NCBI GenBank assembly: GCA_963728205.1
Contig: CAVSIV010000001.1
Span: 640,001 to 704,000 of the forward strand
Reading direction: 5' to 3'
DNA from: an uncultured Chloroflexia bacterium
Lineage (GTDB): Bacteria > Chloroflexota > Dehalococcoidia > UBA2979
Length of the DNA stretch: 64,000 nucleotides
The notes under the pieces were generated by a model. That model saw nothing but the letters and a program-made list of their open reading frames with translations. It searched no databases and was not told where the DNA came from. This document shows, one piece after another, positions 29,556 through 39,141 of the stretch (the stretch's first letter is position 1; each line of letters opens with the position of its first letter). Made by a program: the position numbers and the translations under genes.

Positions 29556-30659
29556 CTATGCGGGCGGTGCGCCGATCGGTTCCCCGTGCCAGCGCAGGAT
29601 GCGCTGGGCGGGCGGCGGAAAGAACGTGCGCAGGCCGGCGAGGATCGCCTCGCGGCGCTCCCGCTGCGCGTCGTACGGCGCGTCGAGCCGCACGTCGTCG
29701 ACGTCGAACGGGTTGATGCCCCAGCGCCCGAACGCCGCGCCGGCGAAGCGGCCGTCGACCACCACGTACGCGAGGACGCCGCTGCGGCCGTAGCGCCGCG
29801 CAAGCTCGCGCCGGTGCGCGAGCACGAGCGCGTCCTGCGGGTCGAGCACCGCCTCGAACCGCTCGCCGGCCCCCGCGCGGGCGGCGGCGGCCGCCGCGCC
29901 GGGCGCCAGCCAGGCGTCGCCCACGCCGTCGATCGCTGCCGCCTCCGCGCGCCCCGCCGCCGCCAGGCGCGCGAGGCTCGCGCGCGTCGCGGCGACGCCG
30001 AAGCCGCCGCGATCGACCAGCCGCTCGGTGGTCGCGAACGCGAGCACCTCGAGCGCCCGTGCCAGCACCTCGTCGATCGCCTCCTCGCGCGCGAGGGCGG
30101 CGGCCGCGACCGCCGGGTGCTCGTCGGCGAGCAGCGTCCACGCGTTGTCCCACTCCGTCTCGTACTGCAGCTCGGTCAGCAGGAACGCGCGCTGCAGCTC
30201 GATCAACGCGGCCGACAGCCGCCGGCCGGGCATCTCGAGCAGCGCCTTCAGGTCGGAGCGCACCGTCGGCCCCTCCGACTCGATCAACTCGAGCACCGCG
30301 CGCGCCTCCGGCGACAGCCGGTCGGCCGGCCGCCGGTACGCGGCCGCATACACGGGGAGGTCCTCGGCGACGACGTACGCGATCATCCCGCCGGCGAAGC
30401 GCCCCTTCACGATCGCGCCGCGGCGCCGCAGGTCCTCGCTCGCCGGCAGGTCGTCGAACGTGACGCGCGGCGCGAGCTGCGGCGGTGTGCCGGGGAACGT
30501 GAACGACCGCGGCGCGACCGGCTGCAGCGCGCGCAGCGCGGCCAGCAGCCCCCGCGAATCGCGCAGCCGCGTCGACGGCGCGAGGTGCTGGCGGCGCGCG
30601 CGCTCGCCGAGCAGCGCGTCGAGGTCGGGAACGGCAGGGCGGCGGCCGGCGCGAGACAT
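29556..30659 (-). CDS. Winged-helix AlkZ/YcaQ (HTH_42)-like protein
   Basis: RARRQHL N-terminus, ALQP, LDPQDALV, VVVDGRFAG; family call is tentative. Confidence 0.5.
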   Translation of the reverse strand: MSRAGRRPAVPDLDALLGERARRQHLAPSTRLRDSRGLLAALRALQPVAPRSFTFPGTPPQLAPRVTFDDLPASEDLRRRGAIVKGRFAGGMIAYVVAEDLPVYAAAYRRPADRLSPEARAVLELIESEGPTVRSDLKALLEMPGRRLSAALIELQRAFLLTELQYETEWDNAWTLLADEHPAVAAAALAREEAIDEVLARALEVLAFATTERLVDRGGFGVAATRASLARLAAAGRAEAAAIDGVGDAWLAPGAAAAAARAGAGERFEAVLDPQDALVLAHRRELARRYGRSGVLAYVVVDGRFAGAAFGRWGINPFDVDDVRLDAPYDAQRERREAILAGLRTFFPPPAQRILRWHGEPIGAPPA

Positions 30660-30807
30660 CGCGGGCAGCTTAGGGCAGGTACGCACAGACTCCAGCGCCG
30701 CGCGCACAACTTCGCGCACGCCCGACCTTGGACCTCTGGCGAGGCTTCGTATGGTGAAGAGAGAGATTGTGAAACAGGGCACGAACCAGGAGATGGAGGC
30801 GGATGGC

Positions 30808-31374
30808 ATGACCCGGGTCGTTCGACCGGAGCTCGTCCACCGCATCGCGCGGACGCCGTCCGACGTGATCAGGGCCGCGATGCGCGAGCTGCCGTACGGC
30901 ATGTACGTGGTCGGCTCGCGGCTCGAGGACGGGCCGAACGCGATGATCGCGGACTGGGTGATGCAGGTCTCGTTCACGCCGCGGCTGGTCGCGGTGGCGC
31001 TGGAGCGCGATGCGACCACGCTGCGCTGCATCCGCGAGCACGGCGCGTTCACCGTCAACCTGCTGCAGGAGCAGGACAATGGCATGGCGCTGGCGGCGCG
31101 CTTCCTGCAGCCCCACGACGCATCGAAGATCCGCGGGCGCAGCGAGCTGGCGGCGGCGCGCACCTACGACAAGCTCGCCGGCGTCGAGTACACGCTTGGG
31201 CGCTGCGGCTGCCCGATCCTCTGTGACGCGCTCGCCTGGCTCGACTGCGAGGCGCGCGACTTCGTCGCCGTCGGCGACCACGTCCTCGTCACCGGCGAGG
31301 TCTGCGACGGCGACGTGACCGGCCGCGGGACGCCGCTCACGTCGACCTACACCGGCTGGAGCTACAGCGGCTGA
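30808..31374 (+). CDS. Flavin reductase-like protein
   Basis: LPYGMYVV, WVMQVSF.P, ALAWLDCE, GDHVLVTGEV. Confidence 0.85.
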   Translation: MTRVVRPELVHRIARTPSDVIRAAMRELPYGMYVVGSRLEDGPNAMIADWVMQVSFTPRLVAVALERDATTLRCIREHGAFTVNLLQEQDNGMALAARFLQPHDASKIRGRSELAAARTYDKLAGVEYTLGRCGCPILCDALAWLDCEARDFVAVGDHVLVTGEVCDGDVTGRGTPLTSTYTGWSYSG

Positions 31375-31443
31375 CGGCACACGGGGGCCGACCTCGCCGG
31401 CGGGCGGTATCGTGATCGCCGGAAGACAGAGAGGTGGCCCCCG

Positions 31444-32010
31444 ATGCCCGAGTCGTCCCCGAAGGGCGTCCCCGACCGCGTCACGCGCACGCACGACGAC
31501 ATCGTCGCGGAGGCGACGCACGAGCTGCCGTACGGCATCTACGTGATCGGCTCGAACGACCACGGCAAGCCGAACGCGATGATCGCGGACTGGGTGATGC
31601 AGGTGTCGTTCCGCCCGCGCCTGCTCGCCGTGGCGATGGAGCGTGACTCGACGACGCTGGCGAACGTGCGCGAGGAGCGCGTGTTCACCGTGAACCTGCT
31701 CAAGCAGGAGGGGAACGGCATGGCGCTCGCGGCCGGCTTCGTGCAGCCGCAGCACGGCGCGAAGGTGCGCGGCCGCAGCGCGGCCGAGGCGGCGCGCGAG
31801 CACGACAAGCTCGCCGGCGTCGACCACGAGCTGACCGAGGGCGGCTGCCCCATCCTCTCCGACGCGCTCGCCTGGTTGAGCTGCGAGCTCGAGGCCGAGC
31901 ACGAGGTGGGCGATCACGTGCTGGTGATCGGTCGCGTCGTCGACGGCGAGGTGATCGGCCAGGGCGAGCCGCTGACGTCGACCTTCACCGGCTGGGTGTA
32001 CAGCGGCTGA
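31444..32010 (+). CDS. Flavin reductase-like protein (tandem paralog)
   Basis: LPYGIYVI, WVMQVSFRP, GDHVLVIG, ends GWVYSG. Confidence 0.85.
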   Translation: MPESSPKGVPDRVTRTHDDIVAEATHELPYGIYVIGSNDHGKPNAMIADWVMQVSFRPRLLAVAMERDSTTLANVREERVFTVNLLKQEGNGMALAAGFVQPQHGAKVRGRSAAEAAREHDKLAGVDHELTEGGCPILSDALAWLSCELEAEHEVGDHVLVIGRVVDGEVIGQGEPLTSTFTGWVYSG

Positions 32011-32044
32011 GCCGCGTACCCTCCCGTCCGGGAGGCGGGCCGGC

Positions 32045-32581
32045 GTGATCGAGATCGTCTTCGAAACCCATTCGCTCACCGAGGACAACGCGGCGGGCCG
32101 CGCCACGGGCTGGCTGGACGGTCGGCTCTCCGCGGAGGGGCGGCGCCTGGCGGCCGAGCTCGGCGCGCGCCGCCGCGACGACCGCATCGCCGCCGTGTTC
32201 GCCTCGGACCTCGGCCGGGCGCGCGAGACCGCCGACATCGCCTTCGCCGGTTCCGGCATCCCGGTGCTGCTCGACTGGCGGCTGCGTGAGTGCGACTACG
32301 GCGCGCTCAACGGCGGACCCACGCGCGAGATGCACCCGTCGCGGCGGCTCCACATCGACGAGCCGTACCCGGGCGGCGAGTCGTGGCGCGAGGCCACGGA
32401 CCGCGCGGCGCGGGTGCTCGACGACCTCGCGCCGCGCTGGTCGGGGCGGCGCGTGCTGCTCATCGGCCACGTCGCGACGCGCTGGGCGCTCGACCGGCGG
32501 CTGCTCGGCCGCACGCTCGAGGCGCTCGTCGACGACGACTTCGGGTGGCGCGAGGGCTGGGAGTACGTGCTCGACGCGTAG
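32045..32581 (+). CDS. Histidine phosphatase family protein
   Basis: FETHS (RHG variant), SDLGRARETA, LRECDYG, PGGES, LIGH. Confidence 0.8.
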   Translation: MIEIVFETHSLTEDNAAGRATGWLDGRLSAEGRRLAAELGARRRDDRIAAVFASDLGRARETADIAFAGSGIPVLLDWRLRECDYGALNGGPTREMHPSRRLHIDEPYPGGESWREATDRAARVLDDLAPRWSGRRVLLIGHVATRWALDRRLLGRTLEALVDDDFGWREGWEYVLDA

Positions 32582-32602
32582 CCGCGGTCGACGGGTGGCG
32601 CG

Positions 32603-33865
32603 CTACGGTCCCCGGTCAGAAGGCGCCGCTTCCGCTTCGACATCCTCCTCGAGCCCGACCCCGAACAGCCCGGCCCGCACCACGGCGAGCGCGTCGGGCG
32701 CGCGGGTCAGCAGCACGCCGATTCCCAGCACGATGTACATGATCGACAGCCCGTAGCGGACGTGCTGGCTGGGGAACGCGAGCTGCAGCAGGAACAGGCC
32801 GCCCAGCGGGATCGCCGCCTGCGGCGACAGGCGGCGGTCCGCGATCAGCATCAGCGCGAAGAACGACTGCGCGGCGGTGAGCAGGACCTCCTCGCGCTGG
32901 CGGCCGTCCATCGGCAGCCCGGCGAGCGTGTGCCCGGAGATCGCGAAGGCGATTGCGAGCGACCCGATGAGCAGCGTCCACTGGTTGACCAGCGACGAGA
33001 TCAGCGCGGTGAGCCCGCCGCTCGCGTTGCCGCGCCACACCAGGTACGTCGCCGCGAGGAACTCCGGGCTCTCGGACGCCAGCGGCGCGATCCACTGCAC
33101 GAGCAGGAACTGGTCGATGCCGAACTGCGTGCCCGTCGCGATCAGCCCGTCGGCGAACGGCTCTGCCGCGGCGAGGATGACGCCCGCCGCGTAGATGAAG
33201 AGCGCCGCCACGACTCCGCGCCGCCGCCACGGGCTGAGGTTCGCGACGAAGGCGACCGGCCCCTCCGCGGCCTCCGGCTCGCCGCGCGGCTGGCGCGAGA
33301 CGCGATAGAGGTAGAACGCGAGCAGCGAGATCAGCACGACGCTGTCGACCAGGCTGATGCTGCCCTTGAGCGGGATCGTGAACGCGTAGAGCGTCGCGGC
33401 GCCGAGCGTCACGACCTCGACGCTGACCGAGCGCGGCAGCTGGATGACGCGGCCGCGCGTGAAGAGGTAGAACGCGCCGAGCACGGTCGCCCACCCGAGC
33501 CCCACGATCAGGCGGTTGCCGCCGGTCATGTTGGCGACGGCGAACGGCGCCTGCGACGGATCGCTGCCCGCGCGCCACGCGAACAGCAGGTCGACGGCGT
33601 ACTCGGGCAGCACCGCGACGAAGGCGAGGATCGCGAGGCTGAGCGACGGCGGCAGGTCGTGCTCGCCGGCTTCCGCCGCGGCGCCGAGCACGAACGCGGC
33701 GCCGAGGATGCCGACGCCGAACACGGCGGTCTGCCAGGCCACCGGGAGCTCGATGCCCCCGAACCGCACGACGAGCCCGGGCACCCCGAGCAGGAGCACG
33801 ACGATCGAAACGATCGTCATCGTCCTGCTGGTCCCGCCGGCGTGCGGCTCCGCGGCTGCGCTCAC
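32603..33865 (-). CDS. Sodium:calcium (cation/Ca2+) antiporter family
   Basis: AVLPEYAVD, ANMTGGNR, PLASESPE, SSLVNQWT repeats; start GTG 33865 or ATG 33820. Confidence 0.85.
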   Translation of the reverse strand: MSAAAEPHAGGTSRTMTIVSIVVLLLGVPGLVVRFGGIELPVAWQTAVFGVGILGAAFVLGAAAEAGEHDLPPSLSLAILAFVAVLPEYAVDLLFAWRAGSDPSQAPFAVANMTGGNRLIVGLGWATVLGAFYLFTRGRVIQLPRSVSVEVVTLGAATLYAFTIPLKGSISLVDSVVLISLLAFYLYRVSRQPRGEPEAAEGPVAFVANLSPWRRRGVVAALFIYAAGVILAAAEPFADGLIATGTQFGIDQFLLVQWIAPLASESPEFLAATYLVWRGNASGGLTALISSLVNQWTLLIGSLAIAFAISGHTLAGLPMDGRQREEVLLTAAQSFFALMLIADRRLSPQAAIPLGGLFLLQLAFPSQHVRYGLSIMYIVLGIGVLLTRAPDALAVVRAGLFGVGLEEDVEAEAAPSDRGP

Positions 33866-34743
33866 CTCCCGGCCCCGCTCGGCACGAGCGACTCGAAGAC
33901 CACGACGCCGTTGCGCGCGCGGCTGCCGTGGCCGCAGGTCGTGAAGCCGGCCGGCGCAAGCGGCCGGAGCGTCTCGCCGGCGAACATCAACTCGGCGAGC
34001 GACCACCCGCCGGCGCCGCGCGCCTGCACGACCAGCGCCTCGCCGCCGGGATCCGGGAAGGGGTCGCGCAGCTCGGCGGCCGCGCCGGCGCCCACCGGCC
34101 GCCACTCGCCGCCGTCCGCGGGCACAGCGCCGACGGCGAACGCGTCGCGCACGCGGTGCGAGAAGTAGATGGTCTCGCCGTCGACGGACCACGCGACCGA
34201 CTCCGCGGCGACGTCGCTGGCGACGGAGGCGGGCTCGGCGTGCTCCTCGGCGGCGACGAGCCAGATGCCCGGCCGTCCGTCGCGGTTCGAGACGAACGCG
34301 ATGCGCGTGGAGTCGGGATTGATTGCGGGGCGCTGGTCGTACCACTCGCCGGTCGTGACCTGGCGCACGCCGCGGCCGTCCAGTCGCATCGTGAACACGT
34401 GCGCCTGCACCTCGCCGGCGAGGCCGAGGCGACCCGGCGTCTCGCGCACCTCGTCCATGTCGACGCTGCGCTGGTTCCCGAAGCGGTCGGAGACGAACAC
34501 GATCTCCGTGCCGCTCAGGCCGTAGCCCGGGTGCCACGAGCCGGACGCCATCGACGTCAGCCGGAACACCTTCCCGCTCTCGAGATCGGCTCGCCAGATA
34601 CCCGGCGTGCCGAGCGCGCCGCCCCAGAAGACCGCGTGCGTGCCGTCGGGGTGGATGCACGGATGGGCGTAGTAGCCGACGGGCGGCGAGATCCGTCGCA
34701 CCTCACCGCTCGGGAACCACGCGAAGATCGCCGGATCGGGCAT
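33862..34743 (-). CDS. TolB-like (PD40) beta-propeller protein
   Basis: HPCIHPDG, IVFVSDR, DGRGVRQVT, PDSTRIAFVSNRDG, WSVDG. Confidence 0.75.
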   Translation of the reverse strand: MPDPAIFAWFPSGEVRRISPPVGYYAHPCIHPDGTHAVFWGGALGTPGIWRADLESGKVFRLTSMASGSWHPGYGLSGTEIVFVSDRFGNQRSVDMDEVRETPGRLGLAGEVQAHVFTMRLDGRGVRQVTTGEWYDQRPAINPDSTRIAFVSNRDGRPGIWLVAAEEHAEPASVASDVAAESVAWSVDGETIYFSHRVRDAFAVGAVPADGGEWRPVGAGAAAELRDPFPDPGGEALVVQARGAGGWSLAELMFAGETLRPLAPAGFTTCGHGSRARNGVVVFESLVPSGAGR

Positions 34744-34810
34744 CGCGCCCCGATTCTCGGCGATGCGGCGACGGGCGACAAACGAGGATGCACACCGTCG
34801 CGCATTGCGG

Positions 34811-35596
34811 TCAGGCGCGGCGCTCGTGCGCGGGCTCGGAGTCGTCGCCGAGCAAGCGCAGCACCGGGGGCGCGACCTCGAGCTCGCGATAGAGCGGTTC
34901 GACGACGTTCGACGCCCGATCGACAGCCTGGCGGATCTCCTCGTTCCAGAACTGAGCCAGCGGATCCAGGTCCTCCGCGCTGAGCCGCAGCTCGTGCATC
35001 GAGTACGAGCCGCGCTGGTAGAGGACGACGTCCACGGGAGGGTCGACGTCGGTCGCGCTGGTGCGCGTCGCATCGAACGACAGCAGGCCGTCGCGCAATG
35101 CCTGGCGCAGCGGGTTGCCGTACCGCCAGACGCGGTCGAGCAGCGGCTTGCCGTACCGCGTCTCGCCGATGATCACGTACGGCGTGCCCGTGCCGACCTC
35201 GATCCAGTTGCCCTCGGGGTAGATCAGGAAGAGGTGGTGCGTGTCGTCGTTGCGCAGCTGCCCGCCGAGGATGAGGTGCAGGTCGAAGGCGAGGCCGCTC
35301 TCGGCGAGCCAGCGCTGATCCTCCTCGCGCACGCGCCGGATCTCGTCGGCGAGGGCATTGGCGGCGCGGTACATCTTGTCGAGGTCGGTGCCGTCCTGCT
35401 GCAGGCGCTCGTCGAAGTACGTGATCGCCTTGTCGCGCAGCGACCGCAGGCCGCTCGTGAGGATGAACATTGCAGCGCCCTGGTGCTGGTGCACCGAGAT
35501 CTTCTTCGCGACCGAGGCCTCGGTGCCGCTCGTGATGCGCGTATCCGCGATGGCGAGCAGGCCGTCGTCGGTCTTCATGCCGAGACAGAAGGTCAT
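34811..35596 (-). CDS. Anbu-type proteasome-related Ntn hydrolase
   Basis: MTFCLG N-terminal Thr, ADTRITSG, IYPEGNWIE, IGETRYGKPLLDR. Confidence 0.9.
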   Translation of the reverse strand: MTFCLGMKTDDGLLAIADTRITSGTEASVAKKISVHQHQGAAMFILTSGLRSLRDKAITYFDERLQQDGTDLDKMYRAANALADEIRRVREEDQRWLAESGLAFDLHLILGGQLRNDDTHHLFLIYPEGNWIEVGTGTPYVIIGETRYGKPLLDRVWRYGNPLRQALRDGLLSFDATRTSATDVDPPVDVVLYQRGSYSMHELRLSAEDLDPLAQFWNEEIRQAVDRASNVVEPLYRELEVAPPVLRLLGDDSEPAHERRA

Positions 35597-35603
35597 GCGT
35601 TTC

Positions 35604-36443
35604 CTATTGCTGCGTCGCCGCCTGGCCGTGGCTCTCCACGCGCAGCGCGGCGCTCCACGACTCCTCGGTGACGCCCTGGTACGAGCCGCGCACCGGCGCC
35701 ACGTCATCGTAGTCGCGACCCAGGGCAGTGACGACGTAGCGCTCGTCCTCGCGGACGTGGTTCGACGGGTCGAAGCCGTGCCACGCGCCGCCGGCGTAGA
35801 CGCGCACCCAGGCGTGGCTGGCGTCGGCGGCGGCGGCGCCGTCGGTCGGGGCGAGGTAGCCGCTGACGTACAGCGCCGGCACGCCGCGCAGGCGCAGCAC
35901 CGCCAGCATGAGGTGCGTGAAGTCCTGGCACACGCCGCGCCCGTGCGCGAGGAAGTCGAGCGCCGTGTCCTCGACCGCGGTCTCGCCGGCGGCGAACTCG
36001 AAGCGGTCGGCAAGCAGGTCGCTCAGGCGCACGGCGTAGGCGAGCGGGTCGGCGGCGGGATCGCCGTCGCCCGCGGCCGCGGCCGCAAGTGCGACGAGGC
36101 CGGCGTCTCCGCCGGGGACGCGGCGCGTGGGCTGCACGGCGAGCGTGCGCAGCAGTGGCGTCAGCGCCGGCGCGCCGACCGGCCCGGCTGCGGTCTGCAC
36201 GCGGGCGCGCAGTGTGATGCGGACGCGCTCCACGGGGCCGAGCAGCGACACGCTGTGCATCGTGTTGCCGAATGCGTCGGCGCGCGGGTGCTCGTGCAGC
36301 GGTCCGGGCGGGTCGACGGTGAGCGACTGCTCGACCACGTGCTGCCCGCCGACCGTCGTCGGCGCCACGTGCAGCTCCATGTTCAACAGCCGCACCGGCG
36401 GGTCGTAGCGATAGGTGCTGCGCCAGTCGAGGGAGACCAGCAT
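35604..36443 (-). CDS. Transglutaminase-like protein
   Basis: GVCQDFTH, YVSGY, SHAW, FDPSN, GRDYDDVAP. Confidence 0.9.
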   Translation of the reverse strand: MLVSLDWRSTYRYDPPVRLLNMELHVAPTTVGGQHVVEQSLTVDPPGPLHEHPRADAFGNTMHSVSLLGPVERVRITLRARVQTAAGPVGAPALTPLLRTLAVQPTRRVPGGDAGLVALAAAAAGDGDPAADPLAYAVRLSDLLADRFEFAAGETAVEDTALDFLAHGRGVCQDFTHLMLAVLRLRGVPALYVSGYLAPTDGAAAADASHAWVRVYAGGAWHGFDPSNHVREDERYVVTALGRDYDDVAPVRGSYQGVTEESWSAALRVESHGQAATQQ

Positions 36444-37405
36444 CAGACGGAGTCCGGGAGCGCGCGGAACACGTGGTCGGTGAGCCCGACGTTGACCGAC
36501 GCGAGCTGCACCTGCACGCCGTCGAGGTATTCGTGCAGCCCGGTGCCGAGCGCCTGCTGCACGTCCATGGCCGCGAGGTCGAGCTCGAGCAGCGCGATCG
36601 CGCGCTCGCCGTGCACGCGCTGGCGCGGCGGCGTCTGCCGCGTGGCCGCGCGGTAGTGGCGCTGCAGTGCGCGCACGCAGAACAGCAGCGAGCGCGGGAA
36701 GTCGGGGTGGAAGAGCAGCATCGACGCGACGCGCGGGCCGCTGATCTCGCCCGGCCCGGACTTACGGAACGCCTCCCACGCGCTGGCCGAGCGCAGGATC
36801 GCCATCCACTGGTAGCGGTCGAGCGCGCCGCCCACCTCGCTCACCGCCGGCAGCAGCAGGTGGTACTTCGTGTCGAGGATGCGGCTTGTCATGTCGGCGC
36901 GCTCGACGAACAGTCCGCAGCGGAACCAGTCGCGGCCCTCGTCGAAGAGCACCGTGTTGTCGTAGAGCCCGAACACCGTCTCGATCGCGCGCTTCACGCC
37001 GCCGCAGTGATCGTAGAGCTCCATCTCACGCAGGTCGTTGCGACGGTTGAGGTCGAGGTGCAGCGTGTTGATCTCCTCCCACACCTCGCGCGAGATGTGC
37101 GGCCGCAGCGTGCGCGCGAGCTCGCGCGCGGCGGCGACGGTGCTGCGGATCGAGTTCGGGTTGTCGCGGGCGAGCACGAGGTACTCGGACGGCGAACGGC
37201 TCGCGTTCGCCGCCCGCGCGGCCGCGAAGTCGGCGTGCGCGCCGGTCGCGGCGATCAGCGCCTCCCACGTCGACGGCGCGTGCTCGACGAGCGCGCCCGC
37301 CTCGACCGACGCGTGGAAGTCGACGTGCACCATGCGCGCGACGTTCTCAGCGCGCTCCAGGTGGCGGCCCAGCCAGTACAGGTTCTCGGCGGTGCGACTC
37401 AGCAT
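36443..37405 (-). CDS. Alpha-E domain protein
   Basis: MLSRTAENLYWLGRHLERAEN, ERADMTSRILD, FPRS. Confidence 0.9.
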   Translation of the reverse strand: MLSRTAENLYWLGRHLERAENVARMVHVDFHASVEAGALVEHAPSTWEALIAATGAHADFAAARAANASRSPSEYLVLARDNPNSIRSTVAAARELARTLRPHISREVWEEINTLHLDLNRRNDLREMELYDHCGGVKRAIETVFGLYDNTVLFDEGRDWFRCGLFVERADMTSRILDTKYHLLLPAVSEVGGALDRYQWMAILRSASAWEAFRKSGPGEISGPRVASMLLFHPDFPRSLLFCVRALQRHYRAATRQTPPRQRVHGERAIALLELDLAAMDVQQALGTGLHEYLDGVQVQLASVNVGLTDHVFRALPDSV

Positions 37406-37410
37406 CGCCG

Positions 37411-38913
37411 TCAGACCCCCGGCGGGACGGCGGGCCCGGCGTCGCCGGCCGCGCCCGCCTCGCCGTCGTCGGTGAGCACCCAGGTGTCCTTGCTGCCGCC
37501 GCCCTGCGACGAGTTCACGACGTACGACCCCGCACGCAGCGCCACGCGCGTGAGGCCGCCCGGCAGCACCCACGTCGACGCGCCGCTCAGCACGTACGGC
37601 CGCAGATCGGCGCGGCGCGCCTGCAGGCGGTCGTCCTGGAACGTCGGGATCGTCGAGAACTCCTGCAGCGGCTGCGCGATCCACTGGCGCGGCTCCGCCC
37701 GCACCGCCGCGACCACCTCCGCGAGGCGGTCGTCGCTCGCCTGCGGGCCGATCACCACCCCGTAGCCGCCCGACGCGTTCGCCGGCTTCAGCACGAGGTC
37801 GCGCGCGTGCTCGATGATGGTGGCGCGCTCCTCAGGCACGGCCGCCGCGTAGGTCTCGACGTTCGGCAGGATCGGCTCCTCGCCGAGGAAGTAGCGGATG
37901 AGGTCGGGGACGAAGCGATAGACGACCTTGTCGTCGGCGACGCCGGCGCCCACCGCGTTCACGACCGTCACGTTGCCGGCGCGGTACGCGCTCATCAGCC
38001 CGCTCACGCCGAGCATCGAGTCGGGGCGGAAGGCCAGCGGGTCGAGGAACGCGTCGTCGACGCGCCGATAGATGACGTGCACGGGCTCGAGCCCCGACGT
38101 CGAGCGCAGGTAGATGCGGTCGTCGTGCGCGACGAGGTCGACGCCCTCGACGAGCGGGATGCCCATCTGCTGCGCGAGGAACGCGTGCTCGAAGTACGCC
38201 GAATTGTAGATGCCCGGCGTGAGGACGACCGCCCGGCACTCCGCCTCCGAGATGTGCGGCGGGCGCACCTGGATCAGCATCGAGAGCAGGCGGCCGGGAT
38301 AGTCGCCGACCGGCGCGACGCCGCGCGGCGGGAAGAGGTCGGGCGCGACGCGCACCATCACCGTGCGGTTCTCGATCACATAGGAGACCCCGGAGGGCGT
38401 CCGCAGGTTGTCCTCGAGCACGACATAACCGCCGTCGGCTGCGCGCACGAGGTCGACGCCCGCGATATGCGCGTACACGCCGAGCGGCGGCTCGAAGCCG
38501 GCCATGCGGGCGTTGTACTCGGGGGCCCCGAAGACGACGTCGGCCGGGACGACGCCGTCGGACACCGAGCGCTGCTCGTTGTAGATGTCGTGCAGGAAGA
38601 GGTTGAGGGCGCGCACGCGCTGCGTGAGGCCAGCTTCGACGTGCAGCCACTCGCTGTGCGCGACGATGCGGGGGATCAGCGAGAAGGGGAAGATACGCTC
38701 GGTGCCCTGCTCGTCGGAGTAGACGGTGAAGGTGATGCCGGCGTTGAGCAGCGCCAGGTCGGCGCGCGACTGCCGGAGGTGGTACTCGGCGACGTCCCAC
38801 GCAGCGAGGCGCTCGGCGAACGCGCGGTAGTGCGGGCGGATCGCGCCGGTGCCGTCGAACATCTCGTCGGGGCCGGCGAGGGGCTCGTAGCCGTGGAGGA
38901 ACTCGCCGGGCAT
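37411..38913 (-). CDS. Circularly permuted type 2 ATP-grasp protein
   Basis: GITF.VY, LEDNLRTPSGVSY, YRRVDD.FLDP, DLRP, GGLTRVAL, VNSSQGGGSKDTW. Confidence 0.95.
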   Translation of the reverse strand: MPGEFLHGYEPLAGPDEMFDGTGAIRPHYRAFAERLAAWDVAEYHLRQSRADLALLNAGITFTVYSDEQGTERIFPFSLIPRIVAHSEWLHVEAGLTQRVRALNLFLHDIYNEQRSVSDGVVPADVVFGAPEYNARMAGFEPPLGVYAHIAGVDLVRAADGGYVVLEDNLRTPSGVSYVIENRTVMVRVAPDLFPPRGVAPVGDYPGRLLSMLIQVRPPHISEAECRAVVLTPGIYNSAYFEHAFLAQQMGIPLVEGVDLVAHDDRIYLRSTSGLEPVHVIYRRVDDAFLDPLAFRPDSMLGVSGLMSAYRAGNVTVVNAVGAGVADDKVVYRFVPDLIRYFLGEEPILPNVETYAAAVPEERATIIEHARDLVLKPANASGGYGVVIGPQASDDRLAEVVAAVRAEPRQWIAQPLQEFSTIPTFQDDRLQARRADLRPYVLSGASTWVLPGGLTRVALRAGSYVVNSSQGGGSKDTWVLTDDGEAGAAGDAGPAVPPGV

Positions 38914-39057
38914 GGGACGCCTTACGCCGGGTGGTGCGCGGTTGCGTGCTGTTTATAGCAGGCGGCGGTTTCGCGCCTGTTGCCGGCCGCGCCGGCGCGC
39001 GGCAGGCTGCGGATGTTCGGTCGCGGGTCGCGGGTCCGCCGATCGCGGATCTCGACA

Positions 39058-39110
39058 AAGCGGCGGCAGAGATGCCGCCGACTGCATCGGCGGCGTTCTG
39101 CCGCCGCTTG
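39058..39110. repeat. REP-like inverted repeat, family 1
   Basis: AAGCGGCGGCAGAGATGCCGCCGA-ctgca-TCGGCGGCGTTCTGCCGCCGCTT. Confidence 0.7.
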
Positions 39111-39141
39111 CAGCGGGTTGTTGGATCTGTGAGGTGCCGCC

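Noticed and set aside
34811-38913. Anbu operon as the novel system
   Set aside because: This four-gene arrangement is already described.
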